From the UHGV virus genome UHGV-0293664: 64,000 nucleotides of DNA. One strand, given 5' to 3'. The stretch's first letter is position 1. Every line of letters begins with the position of its first letter. Shown here piece by piece: positions 46,076 through 55,867 of this stretch. The position numbers and the translations under genes were made by a program. The notes under the pieces were generated by a model. It searched no databases, was not told the origin of the DNA, and saw only the letters and a list, made by a program, of their open reading frames with translations. This DNA is from a virus.

Positions 46076-46104
46076 TTGCTTTTGATGTATCTTTGTGGTA
46101 AAAT
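46076..46104 (+). promoter_or_regulatory. sigma70-like promoter
   Basis: TTGCTT, 17-nt spacer, TGG-TAAAAT (46099-46104). Confidence 0.35.
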
Positions 46105-46122
46105 ACATTAGTGAGGAATATA

Positions 46123-46587
46123 ATGCTAAAGGTTAAATGTCAAACAAGGTTCAACTTAAAGCGTTTAGATCGCTTTTATAAAGACCTTGTGAAACTTGAA
46201 AGCAAAACAATAACCTACGGCTTTTATGACGAACCTCACCCGTCAGGCTTAAATATGGCAACATTGGCAGCTATTCACAACTTCGGTTGGAACGGGCTGC
46301 CTGTTCGCAATTTCATGGAGACGGCCTTTGCATTTCACAGCACGCAACTGCAAACCTTGACAGAAAAATTGTTGAGGGCTATGGCTAGAGGATCAAGTGC
46401 AGAGGCCGTTCTTAGGCAGATGGGGGACACAGGGGCTAAAGCTATCCAGTTTGTTATTGAGGCTGGTCAGTTTAGTAACCCTACTGTTAGTGAGCAGTGG
46501 GCACAAGAGAAGGGCTTCAACGAGGCTATGCGGCATTACGATGTGCTGCTGGAATCTGCAACCTTTAAAATTGGACAGCAAAAATAA
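46123..46587 (+). CDS. hypothetical head-tail connector-region protein
   Basis: ORF (start at ATG 46123 after GAGGA). Confidence 0.4.
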   Translation: MLKVKCQTRFNLKRLDRFYKDLVKLESKTITYGFYDEPHPSGLNMATLAAIHNFGWNGLPVRNFMETAFAFHSTQLQTLTEKLLRAMARGSSAEAVLRQMGDTGAKAIQFVIEAGQFSNPTVSEQWAQEKGFNEAMRHYDVLLESATFKIGQQK

Positions 46588-46596
46588 GGGGGTTGA

Positions 46597-47022
46597 GTGG
46601 CAGCAGGTTATAAGCTGATAGGAAAGAACAGGCTAATACCCCGTAAAACATTTAAAGGTCGCCACAGAGTGTATAACAAAACAGTTGGTGGTCCTTTTGC
46701 TAACGAGGGGTTAGAACTTGAGTATGAAGAGTTTGATGTCTTAGAGTGTGTTGTGCAGCCGTTGACAGGAAGGGCAGCTAAAGATTACTCCTCTCAAATA
46801 AATCCCGAAGGTGACAGACAGTACGAGGCTTTTACAGTTTACTCCTCAACCAAGTTGTATAGTCCAGATGAAGGAACATATGCAATGGCTGATCAAATTC
46901 AGCTGCCTGACATCCGTGGTGACTTGAAATGGTTTACCGTTTTAAAATGCGATGCATATGTCACGTCTGGTGGTGGAAGATATAGATTTTTTGTGGTAGA
47001 AGAGCCTGAAGGAGAAGACTGA
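46597..47022 (+). CDS. hypothetical head-tail joining protein
   Basis: GTG-start ORF after AAGGGGG; position between head and tail genes. Confidence 0.4.
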   Translation: MAAGYKLIGKNRLIPRKTFKGRHRVYNKTVGGPFANEGLELEYEEFDVLECVVQPLTGRAAKDYSSQINPEGDRQYEAFTVYSSTKLYSPDEGTYAMADQIQLPDIRGDLKWFTVLKCDAYVTSGGGRYRFFVVEEPEGED

Positions 47023-47573
47023 TGGAAGCTTTCGAAAAAGTTTTTTCTGATCTTGAAACAACCATTGCTAAGCTTGTCAAGGTTGCCACAGGAAGAACTG
47101 TAGTTCTGGCAGAAAGCTTCACCATACCGAAGCCGGAAGGTGAGTTTGTACTTTTACAAACCTTGGCGATCAATCCCACCACTTGGGAAGATAACGAGTT
47201 CCAAGATGCGGAAGGTAATGCTTACGTAACACACAGTTACACTGTTACCTATCTGTTAACAGCTTATCGTGGCAGGGCATATGCTGCACTTAGCAGAGTA
47301 TTGCAAGCAATAAACCTTCCAATGTTTTATGACAAGTATTTCCCTCTGGGATCGTGCTTTGCCTACTCTAACAATTCAACAATCTCACCTCAAAGAGTGC
47401 CGTTGAATAAGCAGACGTATGAAAATAGGGCCACGGTAATGCTGACATTTAACGTAAGGTTTGTTGAGACAGACATTGGGGCTTTTGAGGATCTTCAGGG
47501 AATTAAGGCTGAAATAACCATACACTTCCCTTCACCCAATTCTGATAAATCGGTTACAGACAGTGGTCAGTAA
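47022..47573 (+). CDS. hypothetical neck / tail-terminator-region protein
   Basis: ORF coupled to the upstream stop. Confidence 0.4.
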   Translation: MEAFEKVFSDLETTIAKLVKVATGRTVVLAESFTIPKPEGEFVLLQTLAINPTTWEDNEFQDAEGNAYVTHSYTVTYLLTAYRGRAYAALSRVLQAINLPMFYDKYFPLGSCFAYSNNSTISPQRVPLNKQTYENRATVMLTFNVRFVETDIGAFEDLQGIKAEITIHFPSPNSDKSVTDSGQ

Positions 47574-47645
47574 TCGTTATAATTGTGTAGTGTAATGATT
47601 ACACTGCGTGTTTGATATCCGTGCACAGATATTAAGAGGAAACAA

Positions 47646-49022
47646 ATGCCATATTTAGATAAAGTGGTAGATGTTACAGTTAACCTCGGAACCCAGCCTA
47701 TTGACACTGTAGGTTTCGAAACCCCGCTGTTCATCGCTATCCACAACAACTTTACTGAGCGAGCTCGCGTGTATGCTGAGCTGGACCAGATGGTGGAAGA
47801 CGGTTTCGCACAAGGCTCTGCAGCGTATGAGTTTGCAGCAAAAGCTTTCGGCGGTGTATTCCCTCCACAATACGTTATAATCGGCAGACAGGCTAAAGAA
47901 AAAACCACTGTAGATTTTAAAGGTATTGCTGCCGCAGCCGATACCGATGTCGTAATGACCATTGCAAAAGGCAGCTACAATACTTCTTTGATAGTGCCTA
48001 TCTCTGGTGGAACAGCTGCAACTCAGATTGCAGAATCAATGAAGACTAAAATCGAAGCAGATGATAACTTGGACGATATCACTGTAGCGGCTGAAGACGG
48101 TGTTATCACCATCACTGGTGACTGTACTGTAGGTTATCATACTGGTAACTATACAATCAAAAATATCGCCAATGCTGAAAAACCTTCTACAGTAGTTGAT
48201 AAGATCAATGCTGAGCGTGACAATTGGTACTTCCTGTGCCATGAAGACCACACCGACATTGAAGCATGTGCTAAGTGGGCTCAGGCCAACTACAAGCTGC
48301 ATGTTTACTCTACTGCAGAAGATGTGACTGGTAAAGATAATAACATCGCCACCAAACTGATGGCTGCACAATATGACAGTGTTGGCATGTACGATCCTCG
48401 TGCTGATAAAGATTTTCCAGAGGGTGGTATCGTAGGCGCTATGGCATCCAACGATCCGTCTTACGGTGACAGCTTGCACTTAAAACAGATGCCGGGTGTG
48501 ATTGCACCATCTCTGACTTTAACTCAGCGTATGGCGATTTGGGAAAACCACGTTAACTTCTACAGAATGATTAACGGTGTTGGCGCTTTCTGGGAAGGTA
48601 AGTGTGCTTCAGGTCAGTATGCAGACGCTATTCGTTTTGCACACTGGATCAAGTTCAGATCTGAAGAATCCATGTTTGGGTACATGCATCGTCGCTCTAA
48701 TATGGGTTTAAGCATGAAGATGTCCGATGATGATCTCCCGGTTATCAAGTCTGTCCTGATGAACAACCCAATCAACACTGGCATTAAGAATGGTGCGATC
48801 CTGACAGGTTTCGACGAAGACAATAATGTATTCTACGACCCGATCATTACAGTTCCTAAACGTGCAGAAATCCCAACCAATCAGTTGGCTGCTCGTGTTC
48901 TGGAAGGTGTGAAAGTAGAGCTGGTGTATAACAACGCCCTGCACTTCGTTCGTATCCGGATCAACGTCCTTCTGGACAAAGTTGGTTCTAAATCCACCAA
49001 TGCTGTTGCAATGACTGAATAA
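47646..49022 (+). CDS. putative tail sheath protein
   Basis: 458-aa protein immediately before a 157-aa tube-like gene, chaperone pair and tape measure (myovirus order); high-expression codon usage. Confidence 0.45.
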   Translation: MPYLDKVVDVTVNLGTQPIDTVGFETPLFIAIHNNFTERARVYAELDQMVEDGFAQGSAAYEFAAKAFGGVFPPQYVIIGRQAKEKTTVDFKGIAAAADTDVVMTIAKGSYNTSLIVPISGGTAATQIAESMKTKIEADDNLDDITVAAEDGVITITGDCTVGYHTGNYTIKNIANAEKPSTVVDKINAERDNWYFLCHEDHTDIEACAKWAQANYKLHVYSTAEDVTGKDNNIATKLMAAQYDSVGMYDPRADKDFPEGGIVGAMASNDPSYGDSLHLKQMPGVIAPSLTLTQRMAIWENHVNFYRMINGVGAFWEGKCASGQYADAIRFAHWIKFRSEESMFGYMHRRSNMGLSMKMSDDDLPVIKSVLMNNPINTGIKNGAILTGFDEDNNVFYDPIITVPKRAEIPTNQLAARVLEGVKVELVYNNALHFVRIRINVLLDKVGSKSTNAVAMTE

Positions 49023-49032
49023 GGAAGCCTAG

Positions 49033-49506
49033 ATGGAAACTCAAATTTTAACTCCTTATGCGTATGACCCTAAAAAGGTCAAACTGTATCTGATGCAGCA
49101 GCGTGTCACTGGCTTCGCTGCTGACACCAAGATTGTTGTTTCAAGAAACGAAGACAACATTTATCCCCACGTCGGTGTGGATGGCGAAATGTCTGCAGCT
49201 CTGTCCCGTAACCAATCTGGTGTTATGACTGTATCTTTGCAGAACACTTCTGTATGGAACGCTTACCTTTCTGACTGGCAGAAACAGGCATCGATTACTG
49301 GCCTGGTATTCTTCCCGGTTCTGCTGGAAGGTAGCCAGGGCCCTGGTATTTCCACAATCGGTTGGATCCAGAAACAGCCTGACCTGACTTACGGAACCGA
49401 AGTAGGTCAACTGGACTGGGATATCGGTATTCTGGATGCATGGCTCAACCGTGATAACATCACTGGTGCTCTTACTGGCCTCGCAGGTCTTGCAGGTATT
49501 ATCTAA
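49033..49506 (+). CDS. putative tail tube protein
   Basis: 157-aa protein between sheath-like gene and chaperone genes; followed by strong terminator. Confidence 0.45.
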   Translation: METQILTPYAYDPKKVKLYLMQQRVTGFAADTKIVVSRNEDNIYPHVGVDGEMSAALSRNQSGVMTVSLQNTSVWNAYLSDWQKQASITGLVFFPVLLEGSQGPGISTIGWIQKQPDLTYGTEVGQLDWDIGILDAWLNRDNITGALTGLAGLAGII

Positions 49507-49524
49507 GGGCACACTTTAGCATAA

Positions 49525-49551
49525 GCCTCACCTTCGGGTGGGGCTTTTTGC
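49525..49551 (+). terminator. rho-independent terminator
   Basis: GCCTCACC-ttcg-GGTGGGGC hairpin then TTTTTGCTTTT. Confidence 0.65.
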
Positions 49552-49596
49552 TTTTATGGTTTTGACACACGTTCTTGAATTGCTTGAAAGGTTAAA

Positions 49597-49625
49597 TTGA
49601 CAATGCACAATAATCATGGTAAAAT
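49597..49625 (+). promoter_or_regulatory. sigma70-like promoter
   Basis: TTGACA (49597-49602), 17-nt spacer, TAAAAT (49620-49625). Confidence 0.5.
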
Positions 49626-49668
49626 ACACAAATATGGTGCACAACATGACTAATAAGGATGCTATAAA

Positions 49669-50142
49669 ATGGCTATAAACTTTAGACCTACAACAGAGAT
49701 TGATTTAGCAGGGCACAACTTTGTGATCACCCACTGGGGACCGATGAAAGCAATGAAAAACATGCCTAAAATCGGTAAGATTGTGGCTGTCCCGCTAGGT
49801 GCTATCGGCGGATCTATTATCTCAGGCGGTCAGAACATGGCAGAAGTCCTTCCTACTGCTCTGGCTTACCTGTTCCAAGAACTTGATGATAACTCTATTG
49901 AAGAGTTATTTAAAATTTTGTTCGAAGATATTACCGTAGATGGTGTGGATAAGCTTAACCCGGATGTTGTGTTTGCAGGGCATCTGCTGGAGATGATTAA
50001 GCTGGCAGGTAAGGTTCTGGAGGTTAACTACGGCTGTTTTTTCACACAAGACGGTTTAGGAAGCCTTCTGGAGATGTTACAGCAGATGGGTATGATTCAG
50101 CAGGTGAACAACCTGGATCAGACTCCGGAAGAGCAGGAATAA
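49669..50142 (+). CDS. putative tail assembly chaperone (G-like)
   Basis: 157-aa acidic protein immediately upstream of the tape measure gene. Confidence 0.5.
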   Translation: MAINFRPTTEIDLAGHNFVITHWGPMKAMKNMPKIGKIVAVPLGAIGGSIISGGQNMAEVLPTALAYLFQELDDNSIEELFKILFEDITVDGVDKLNPDVVFAGHLLEMIKLAGKVLEVNYGCFFTQDGLGSLLEMLQQMGMIQQVNNLDQTPEEQE

Positions 50143-50402
50143 GCAAGGTTGTTGTGAGGGCCAGTGAGTGGGCAGCCAAGAACAGTTCACTCAACTGGTT
50201 CGACTTTCTTTGGTGCAGGGTGCTCAAGAATTTCAAAGGGGAAAATTTTGAATCGCTAAATCTTGCAGATATGGCGTATTTCCTGAAGCTCTGTGAGTAT
50301 CTTGATATCGAAGAATTCCTAGATACCGTCCAAAACAGGGAAATGGAGCGGGAGCAGAAGGCTGCCGCAGCTGCTGCGAAAGCTAAGCGCAGGAGAGGAT
50401 AA
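50028..50402 (+). CDS. -1 frame extension of tail assembly chaperone (GT-like frameshift product, C-terminal part)
   Basis: Frame -1 relative to the chaperone ORF is open from 50028 to 50402 and overlaps its last 115 nt; T_TTT_TTC slippery heptamer at 50037-50043. Confidence 0.4.
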   Translation, partial: LRLFFHTRRFRKPSGDVTADGYDSAGEQPGSDSGRAGISKVVVRASEWAAKNSSLNWFDFLWCRVLKNFKGENFESLNLADMAYFLKLCEYLDIEEFLDTVQNREMEREQKAAAAAAKAKRRRG

Positions 50403-50407
50403 TCTAA

Positions 50408-50442
50408 GGGCCGGATTCCTTTTCTGGGATCTGGCCCTTTTT
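50408..50442 (+). terminator. possible rho-independent terminator
   Basis: GGGCCGGA...TCTGGCCC hairpin then TTTTTATT. Confidence 0.4.
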
Positions 50443-50456
50443 ATTATGAGGAAACC

Positions 50457-52793
50457 ATGGCTACAAACAAAATAGTTGCCACAACAGTCAACAAGATTGG
50501 CTTTGAGATAGAGAACTCCTCCTACAAAAAAGCTGTAGAGAAAATTCGCAGTATTGGGAGGGAGTTCAGGAAACTGGGCGAAGATTTTAACTCAGCCAAC
50601 CCCATGAGCAGATGGCAGGCGGTAGCTGTTAAAACCCAGCAGACAATGCAGCGGGTTGCCAGACAGCAATCTCAGGCAAATGCTAAACTGCACAGAGAGA
50701 GCGTAGCACAGGCCAAGAAAGAGGCTGCAGTAAGGGCTGCAATAGAACGTAGGGAGAATGCGAGACGTAAACAAGCTGTAGGTAATCTTACCGCTAAAAA
50801 TCCAGAAATGGCTAGGATGCGTAAGTTCTACCAGCAGCAAGCTAAAGAGGCCAAAAAGGCTGCCAAATCTGCACCAGTGTCTTACGGTGGTTATAAGGCA
50901 CCTAAGGCAAGAGTTTTGGCTAATGCCAAATCTTTCAAATATATCCCCGGTAACCCTAATATGGGTGGTGTGGCTTCCGACCCTAACCTTGTGAAAGCTC
51001 AGACAGCCGCTATGAATCGTTATCATAGACAGCTAAGAAGAGACAGTAAAGCTGGTATGGATAATAAGCTTATGTCGGATCGTGAGGCAAGGAGAACCCA
51101 CCTCTACAACTCCGCGATAAGACTTTCTGCCAAGTATGGGGCCGGATTCCGTGGAAGCTTGCCAGGATACTCAGAGTTAGAGTCCAGGTTTGCTCGCGGG
51201 GAGATGAAGAAGTCAACCTTTAACGCCCACCTGTCAGCGCTGCAGTCTGGGTTTAAAAGCGCCACCAGCCAAACGCTTACACTAGGTGATGCCATGAGAG
51301 ACCTACGTAGATCTGTTATTAATGCAACAGCTGCGTATACGGCTTTTTCTGGATTTGCTGCGGTTAACAGATCCGGTCACATGATGGAGGGGGCAAGTGC
51401 TGCTCTTACTGCTGTTACTGGAGATCCAAACAAAGCCAACAGTGAGGTTGCGTTTGTCCAGCAAGAGGCTATGCGTCTTGGTTTTGATCTCAAATCTGGT
51501 CTTCAAGGTTACGCCCAGATGTCGGTAAACGCCAAAAACCAGATGACAAATCAGGAAGTGCATGAGCTGTTTTCTGCATACTCACAGTATGCTGCTGCTT
51601 ATGGTGCCGATGAGGTAAAATACCAGCGCGGTATTATGGCTATCCAACAGATGCTAGGCAAGGGACAAGTAATGTCCGAAGAACTGAAGCAACAACTTGC
51701 TGAAGCATTGCCCGGTGCATACGAACCTTTTATCAAGGCCACCAAAGAGGCTTTTGGTCTTTCTGAACTCTCCATGGATCAGTTCATGGACATGATGAAG
51801 AAAGGTGAGGTTAAAACAGCCAAGATCATGAAGTATGTGGCTAAGTACATGAACGAGGCATCTGCAGCTGGTTATGAAAGAATGCAGAAGTCTAACGTGC
51901 TGGCAGAAAACAGACTGAAAACCTTCATCGAACTGACTCGTCAGAAACTGTTCACCCGTTGGTCCGACGAACTAACAGAGTTCTATTATACACTAATCCG
52001 CACTGGTGAGACTCTGCAATTTGTGTGGGATGCCTCTGGTGATTTTGTTAGCGGGTTTGTGAGAGGCCTTAACTGGGTAGTTGGTGAACTAAACAACACC
52101 ATAGTCAAGATCCGCATGTTTTTCCTTGAATGGGGGATTAAATGGGGATTCATAACAGCTAAGACGAAGGAATATTCTGAAGAGCTTCATGACACCTTTA
52201 GTTATGCTAAATGGGCAGGGTTTGCTGCTGCCATTATGCTGGTAGTGAACGCCCTAACAAAAGGTTTTGTCATGGCATCCATGCTTGTAAAAACCTTTAA
52301 ATTCCTTAACTCTCTAAGGGGTGCAGCCGGAGCAGCGGGTGCCGCTACTACAGAAGGATCTGGTGGTGGTGCTCCGGCAGGAAAAGGGGGAGGTGGCCTC
52401 AAGACACCTGGTGGCAAAGTTGGTCTGCTCGGTAAGTTGGGCATTATCGGTACAATACTAAGCGCCGGGGAATTGTTTAATGACCGTTACAACCCACTAA
52501 GTGAAAGAAATCAGCAGCTGGATACCATCAGTGATATGATTCGTAAAGATATCATATCTGGAGGTAACGGGTTTGTTAATCCTTTGGACACCTTACCGGG
52601 AGGGACTCTTCCGTTACCAGGTGGTCCTGGTTTTGCTTCTCAATTAAGAACTATGGAAATGCTGCCTTTAGAGATCAGTGATGGGAAAATCACGATTTCA
52701 ATAGATGAGGGTGAGTTTAACAAAATATTTGATGCAAAACTGGAGTGGGAGAACAATAAAGATATCAACTTCATGTCTACCGACCTTTGGTAA
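50457..52793 (+). CDS. tail tape measure protein
   Basis: 778 aa, long helical Ala/Lys/Gln-rich regions, Gly-rich stretch, located right after the chaperone pair. Confidence 0.7.
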   Translation: MATNKIVATTVNKIGFEIENSSYKKAVEKIRSIGREFRKLGEDFNSANPMSRWQAVAVKTQQTMQRVARQQSQANAKLHRESVAQAKKEAAVRAAIERRENARRKQAVGNLTAKNPEMARMRKFYQQQAKEAKKAAKSAPVSYGGYKAPKARVLANAKSFKYIPGNPNMGGVASDPNLVKAQTAAMNRYHRQLRRDSKAGMDNKLMSDREARRTHLYNSAIRLSAKYGAGFRGSLPGYSELESRFARGEMKKSTFNAHLSALQSGFKSATSQTLTLGDAMRDLRRSVINATAAYTAFSGFAAVNRSGHMMEGASAALTAVTGDPNKANSEVAFVQQEAMRLGFDLKSGLQGYAQMSVNAKNQMTNQEVHELFSAYSQYAAAYGADEVKYQRGIMAIQQMLGKGQVMSEELKQQLAEALPGAYEPFIKATKEAFGLSELSMDQFMDMMKKGEVKTAKIMKYVAKYMNEASAAGYERMQKSNVLAENRLKTFIELTRQKLFTRWSDELTEFYYTLIRTGETLQFVWDASGDFVSGFVRGLNWVVGELNNTIVKIRMFFLEWGIKWGFITAKTKEYSEELHDTFSYAKWAGFAAAIMLVVNALTKGFVMASMLVKTFKFLNSLRGAAGAAGAATTEGSGGGAPAGKGGGGLKTPGGKVGLLGKLGIIGTILSAGELFNDRYNPLSERNQQLDTISDMIRKDIISGGNGFVNPLDTLPGGTLPLPGGPGFASQLRTMEMLPLEISDGKITISIDEGEFNKIFDAKLEWENNKDINFMSTDLW

Positions 52794-52804
52794 TAAACTG
52801 TGCA

Positions 52805-52826
52805 GGGGGCTCTGGCCCCCTTTATT
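52805..52826 (+). terminator. rho-independent terminator
   Basis: GGGGGC-tctg-GCCCCC hairpin then TTTATT. Confidence 0.6.
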
Positions 52827-52835
52827 CTATCAGTG

Positions 52836-52864
52836 TTGTAAAAACGGCTATTTTATGATACAAT
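52836..52864 (+). promoter_or_regulatory. sigma70-like promoter
   Basis: TTGTAA, 17-nt spacer, TACAAT (52859-52864). Confidence 0.4.
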
Positions 52865-52897
52865 ATTTAGATGGTATCGGAGTGTCCTGGAGAGGTT

Positions 52898-53782
52898 ATG
52901 CAAAGTAATATAGTTGATGAAAAAGACCTGTACAAGCCTCGAGAGGTTAAATCTCCAAAGGCTGAAAAGGCAGAGCAGCAAACCGAAAGCGATGTAAAGT
53001 ACACTATGTTTGTCAGCGGTCTTAACTATGGCGGTCGCAACATAGAGATGAAGGGTAAAAACTTTACTAACGATCTTGCCATTATCTTCGATCAGGTTGA
53101 GAACTACTCTTTCAAACATTCTGTTGATAAGACGGGGTTTGCGGTGGAAGATAAATCTACCCTGTCAGACCACGCTGTAATTAAAGATGGTGTATTTTCT
53201 TTTACTGGTAGGGTAAATACATCTCCACATATAATCTATGAGCAAAACTACATCGATAGGAATACTGACTCTAAAAACCCTGCAGCATCTATGCGACCAA
53301 GTGCTGCACTGGAGGCTTTGACTGAGATCATTAATAAGCGACAGTTGGTTTCTTTGGTTACCGAGGAGAGACTTCTTGAGAACTACATCATAACCAGTCT
53401 TTCTGCCAGCAAGTCTGTTGGTGAAGGTGCTGCAATGGTTTTTGATGTAGAACTTACGGAGTTCCGCACATTCTACTTGAACAAGGTTGTTAATGCAACT
53501 GTATACAGCAATCCCAAGAAAGTAGGCAAGACTCAACAAAAAGGTGCTGTCAACGATTGTAAGAATGGCAGTAACGTAGGTAACAAGAGAGACACAGGGG
53601 CATTTGCAGACACTGCATCCACAAATGCTGCAGAGGAGTGGCAGCCATATAAATCTATGATGTGGACAGATGAAAACGGTGTTACCCAATCGGCTGCGGA
53701 TTGGTATTATCAGGAATATGGAAGACCTTCTACCATAGTCCCATCTGAGCAGGGAAACTACGACAAAGTTAACGGGAAATAA
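52898..53782 (+). CDS. hypothetical tail/baseplate protein
   Basis: ORF after tape measure; start at ATG 52898 after GGAGAGG. Confidence 0.4.
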   Translation: MQSNIVDEKDLYKPREVKSPKAEKAEQQTESDVKYTMFVSGLNYGGRNIEMKGKNFTNDLAIIFDQVENYSFKHSVDKTGFAVEDKSTLSDHAVIKDGVFSFTGRVNTSPHIIYEQNYIDRNTDSKNPAASMRPSAALEALTEIINKRQLVSLVTEERLLENYIITSLSASKSVGEGAAMVFDVELTEFRTFYLNKVVNATVYSNPKKVGKTQQKGAVNDCKNGSNVGNKRDTGAFADTASTNAAEEWQPYKSMMWTDENGVTQSAADWYYQEYGRPSTIVPSEQGNYDKVNGK

Positions 53783-53793
53783 GGGGGCGCATA

Positions 53794-54174
53794 ATGGAGC
53801 TTAAAGATTGGTGCATAATCACCTTTGTGTGGGACATTGACGGCTTTCCTGATCAAACCATGCGTGTTGTTTTAGACAATGAAACGTATGAAATGCGTAT
53901 GCAATGGAATGAGAGGGATGAGTCCTGGTGGTTATCTCTTGGTCCAGTAGGTGACAGCCCTTTAGTAACCAGAAAAGTAACAGCTTGTCAAGATATTTTA
54001 GACGGACTGCATTACAGGGATGATTTACCGAAAGGTAGACTAATGGCGCTGTCGTTTAAAGACGATCAATATTGGGGCAGGGTTGGAAGATATAACCTTG
54101 GGGCAAGATCTGAGCTACAACTTGTATACGGCACCCCGGTTGATCTTTACAAGGAACAGCAAGGGTTAGAATAA
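53794..54174 (+). CDS. hypothetical baseplate protein (126 aa)
   Basis: ORF in tail module. Confidence 0.4.
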   Translation: MELKDWCIITFVWDIDGFPDQTMRVVLDNETYEMRMQWNERDESWWLSLGPVGDSPLVTRKVTACQDILDGLHYRDDLPKGRLMALSFKDDQYWGRVGRYNLGARSELQLVYGTPVDLYKEQQGLE

Positions 54175-55178
54175 TGGCAGAGTACAGACGTAGAACATGG
54201 CGATTATTGTTTGGTCGTCCGGTAGAGCATGGTGGTAAATCAAAAACCAATATCCCAAAATCTGTTGAAAAGAAAGGGGAGAGTGATTCCGGAGTTTATG
54301 AAGTTAGCTCAGACACTGGTGCTGCCAATATAGAGTTTGACATACAAAAGGACAATACCAAAGAGCCAAACAAAGGTTATGTGACAGTTTACAACCTGTC
54401 TGACGATACAGTTAACTATCTGGATATGCATCAGGCTGATGCCCTTGCAGTTATGTTTGAAGCTGGCTATGATGATGAGAACCAGTTGATATTCTCCGGA
54501 ACTGTGGAGTTTGTTGAAGACAGATGGGAAGGTCCGACCAGAAAAACTAAGTTCATCTTTGGGGATGGTACTGAGAACATCATTAAGTGCCAAAGCACAA
54601 GATCTTATCAGAAAGGCACACCTCTGAACTCTGTGCTTAATGACCTACTGAAGGATATGAACTTGCCAAAAGGTAGGGTTGTTGGTTTTGGAAACCAGAC
54701 TTTGCAATACTCTATGGCTTTCTCTGGAAACACTGCAGAGAACCTCCGCAGGTTTGCAAGGCTGACCAACTCCACATTTAGCGTTCAGGATGGAGCTTTG
54801 TATTGGACCAAGGTTGGAAAAAGGTTCAAAGACTCTGTGTTTGAAATAAGTGCAGAGTCTGGGATGCACGGATCGCCTACCCCTAAAAACCCAGAACCTG
54901 CTAAAAAACGAAAAGCTAAAGCTGCTGCCAAAGGTGGTTCGACATCTAAAAAGAAAAAGAAAAACCCGAGAGAGGATGTTGGCCTTACTGTAACCACATG
55001 CCTTAACGGAGCTATCCTCCCAGAGTCAACTATTTATCTTAAAAGCAAGCAATATACAGGATTCTATAAGGTAATCACGGTGCATCATAAGGGCACCATA
55101 GAAGGAGGTGATTACACTACAGAGCTTGGCCTTGGGGAAACAGTGGGTGGAGTTGTTGACAAAACTGAGGAGGTATAA
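54174..55178 (+). CDS. hypothetical baseplate (hub-region) protein
   Basis: 334-aa ORF with a Lys-rich segment; position only. Confidence 0.4.
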   Translation: MAEYRRRTWRLLFGRPVEHGGKSKTNIPKSVEKKGESDSGVYEVSSDTGAANIEFDIQKDNTKEPNKGYVTVYNLSDDTVNYLDMHQADALAVMFEAGYDDENQLIFSGTVEFVEDRWEGPTRKTKFIFGDGTENIIKCQSTRSYQKGTPLNSVLNDLLKDMNLPKGRVVGFGNQTLQYSMAFSGNTAENLRRFARLTNSTFSVQDGALYWTKVGKRFKDSVFEISAESGMHGSPTPKNPEPAKKRKAKAAAKGGSTSKKKKKNPREDVGLTVTTCLNGAILPESTIYLKSKQYTGFYKVITVHHKGTIEGGDYTTELGLGETVGGVVDKTEEV

Positions 55179-55855
55179 TGGCAATAAATAGGAAAGATGC
55201 TGCTGTAAGATCCTTCATAGAAAAAATAATGAGGGACTACCACACAAGTATCAGGGCCAGAGTTGTCAGTGTAGACTACAGTATCCCTTCTGCAGCCGTG
55301 CAGCCAATAGCTGAAACCACGTTTGATGACGGAGATGTGGAGAGATACCCTCTTATCTATGACGTTCCAATTCAGGTGATGTCTGCAAACAGCGGAAAGG
55401 CAAGGCTAACACTTCCTATTAAGGCTGGGGATGTTGTAGGATTGCAGTTTTCAGAGAGAAATGAAAACAATAACGACGATCAACAAACTCACGGCCTGTT
55501 TCCAGGGTGGGCAATCACCTCTGTCCATTCAGACTCAAACGCTTTACAGATTGATCCTGACAACGTAGAGTTATGGAATGATAGGGTTTATTTTAAACTG
55601 ACACCTTCTGGCGATTTTGAGCTTCAAACACCCGGTGGGACATTACGGTGCGACAGCAGTGGGGAGTTTTCTTTCACTAACGGGGCTGCCAATTTGCGAG
55701 CTGCTGTGGATGGAAATATCAGAATGAATGGTGCCACAATAGACCCATCGGGTAGAATTATAACTGCTGCTGGTGTGGATTTGGATTCATTCTATGCAGA
55801 ATATAAAGGTCATACCCACTCTTGCCCTGATGGCGAGACAAGTGGACCGCACTAA
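55178..55855 (+). CDS. putative baseplate central spike protein (gpV-like)
   Basis: 225 aa; C-terminal GHTHSCPDGETSGPH has an HxH motif like metal-binding spike apexes; baseplate position. Confidence 0.45.
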   Translation: MAINRKDAAVRSFIEKIMRDYHTSIRARVVSVDYSIPSAAVQPIAETTFDDGDVERYPLIYDVPIQVMSANSGKARLTLPIKAGDVVGLQFSERNENNNDDQQTHGLFPGWAITSVHSDSNALQIDPDNVELWNDRVYFKLTPSGDFELQTPGGTLRCDSSGEFSFTNGAANLRAAVDGNIRMNGATIDPSGRIITAAGVDLDSFYAEYKGHTHSCPDGETSGPH

Positions 55856-55867
55856 TAGAGGGCTTTC

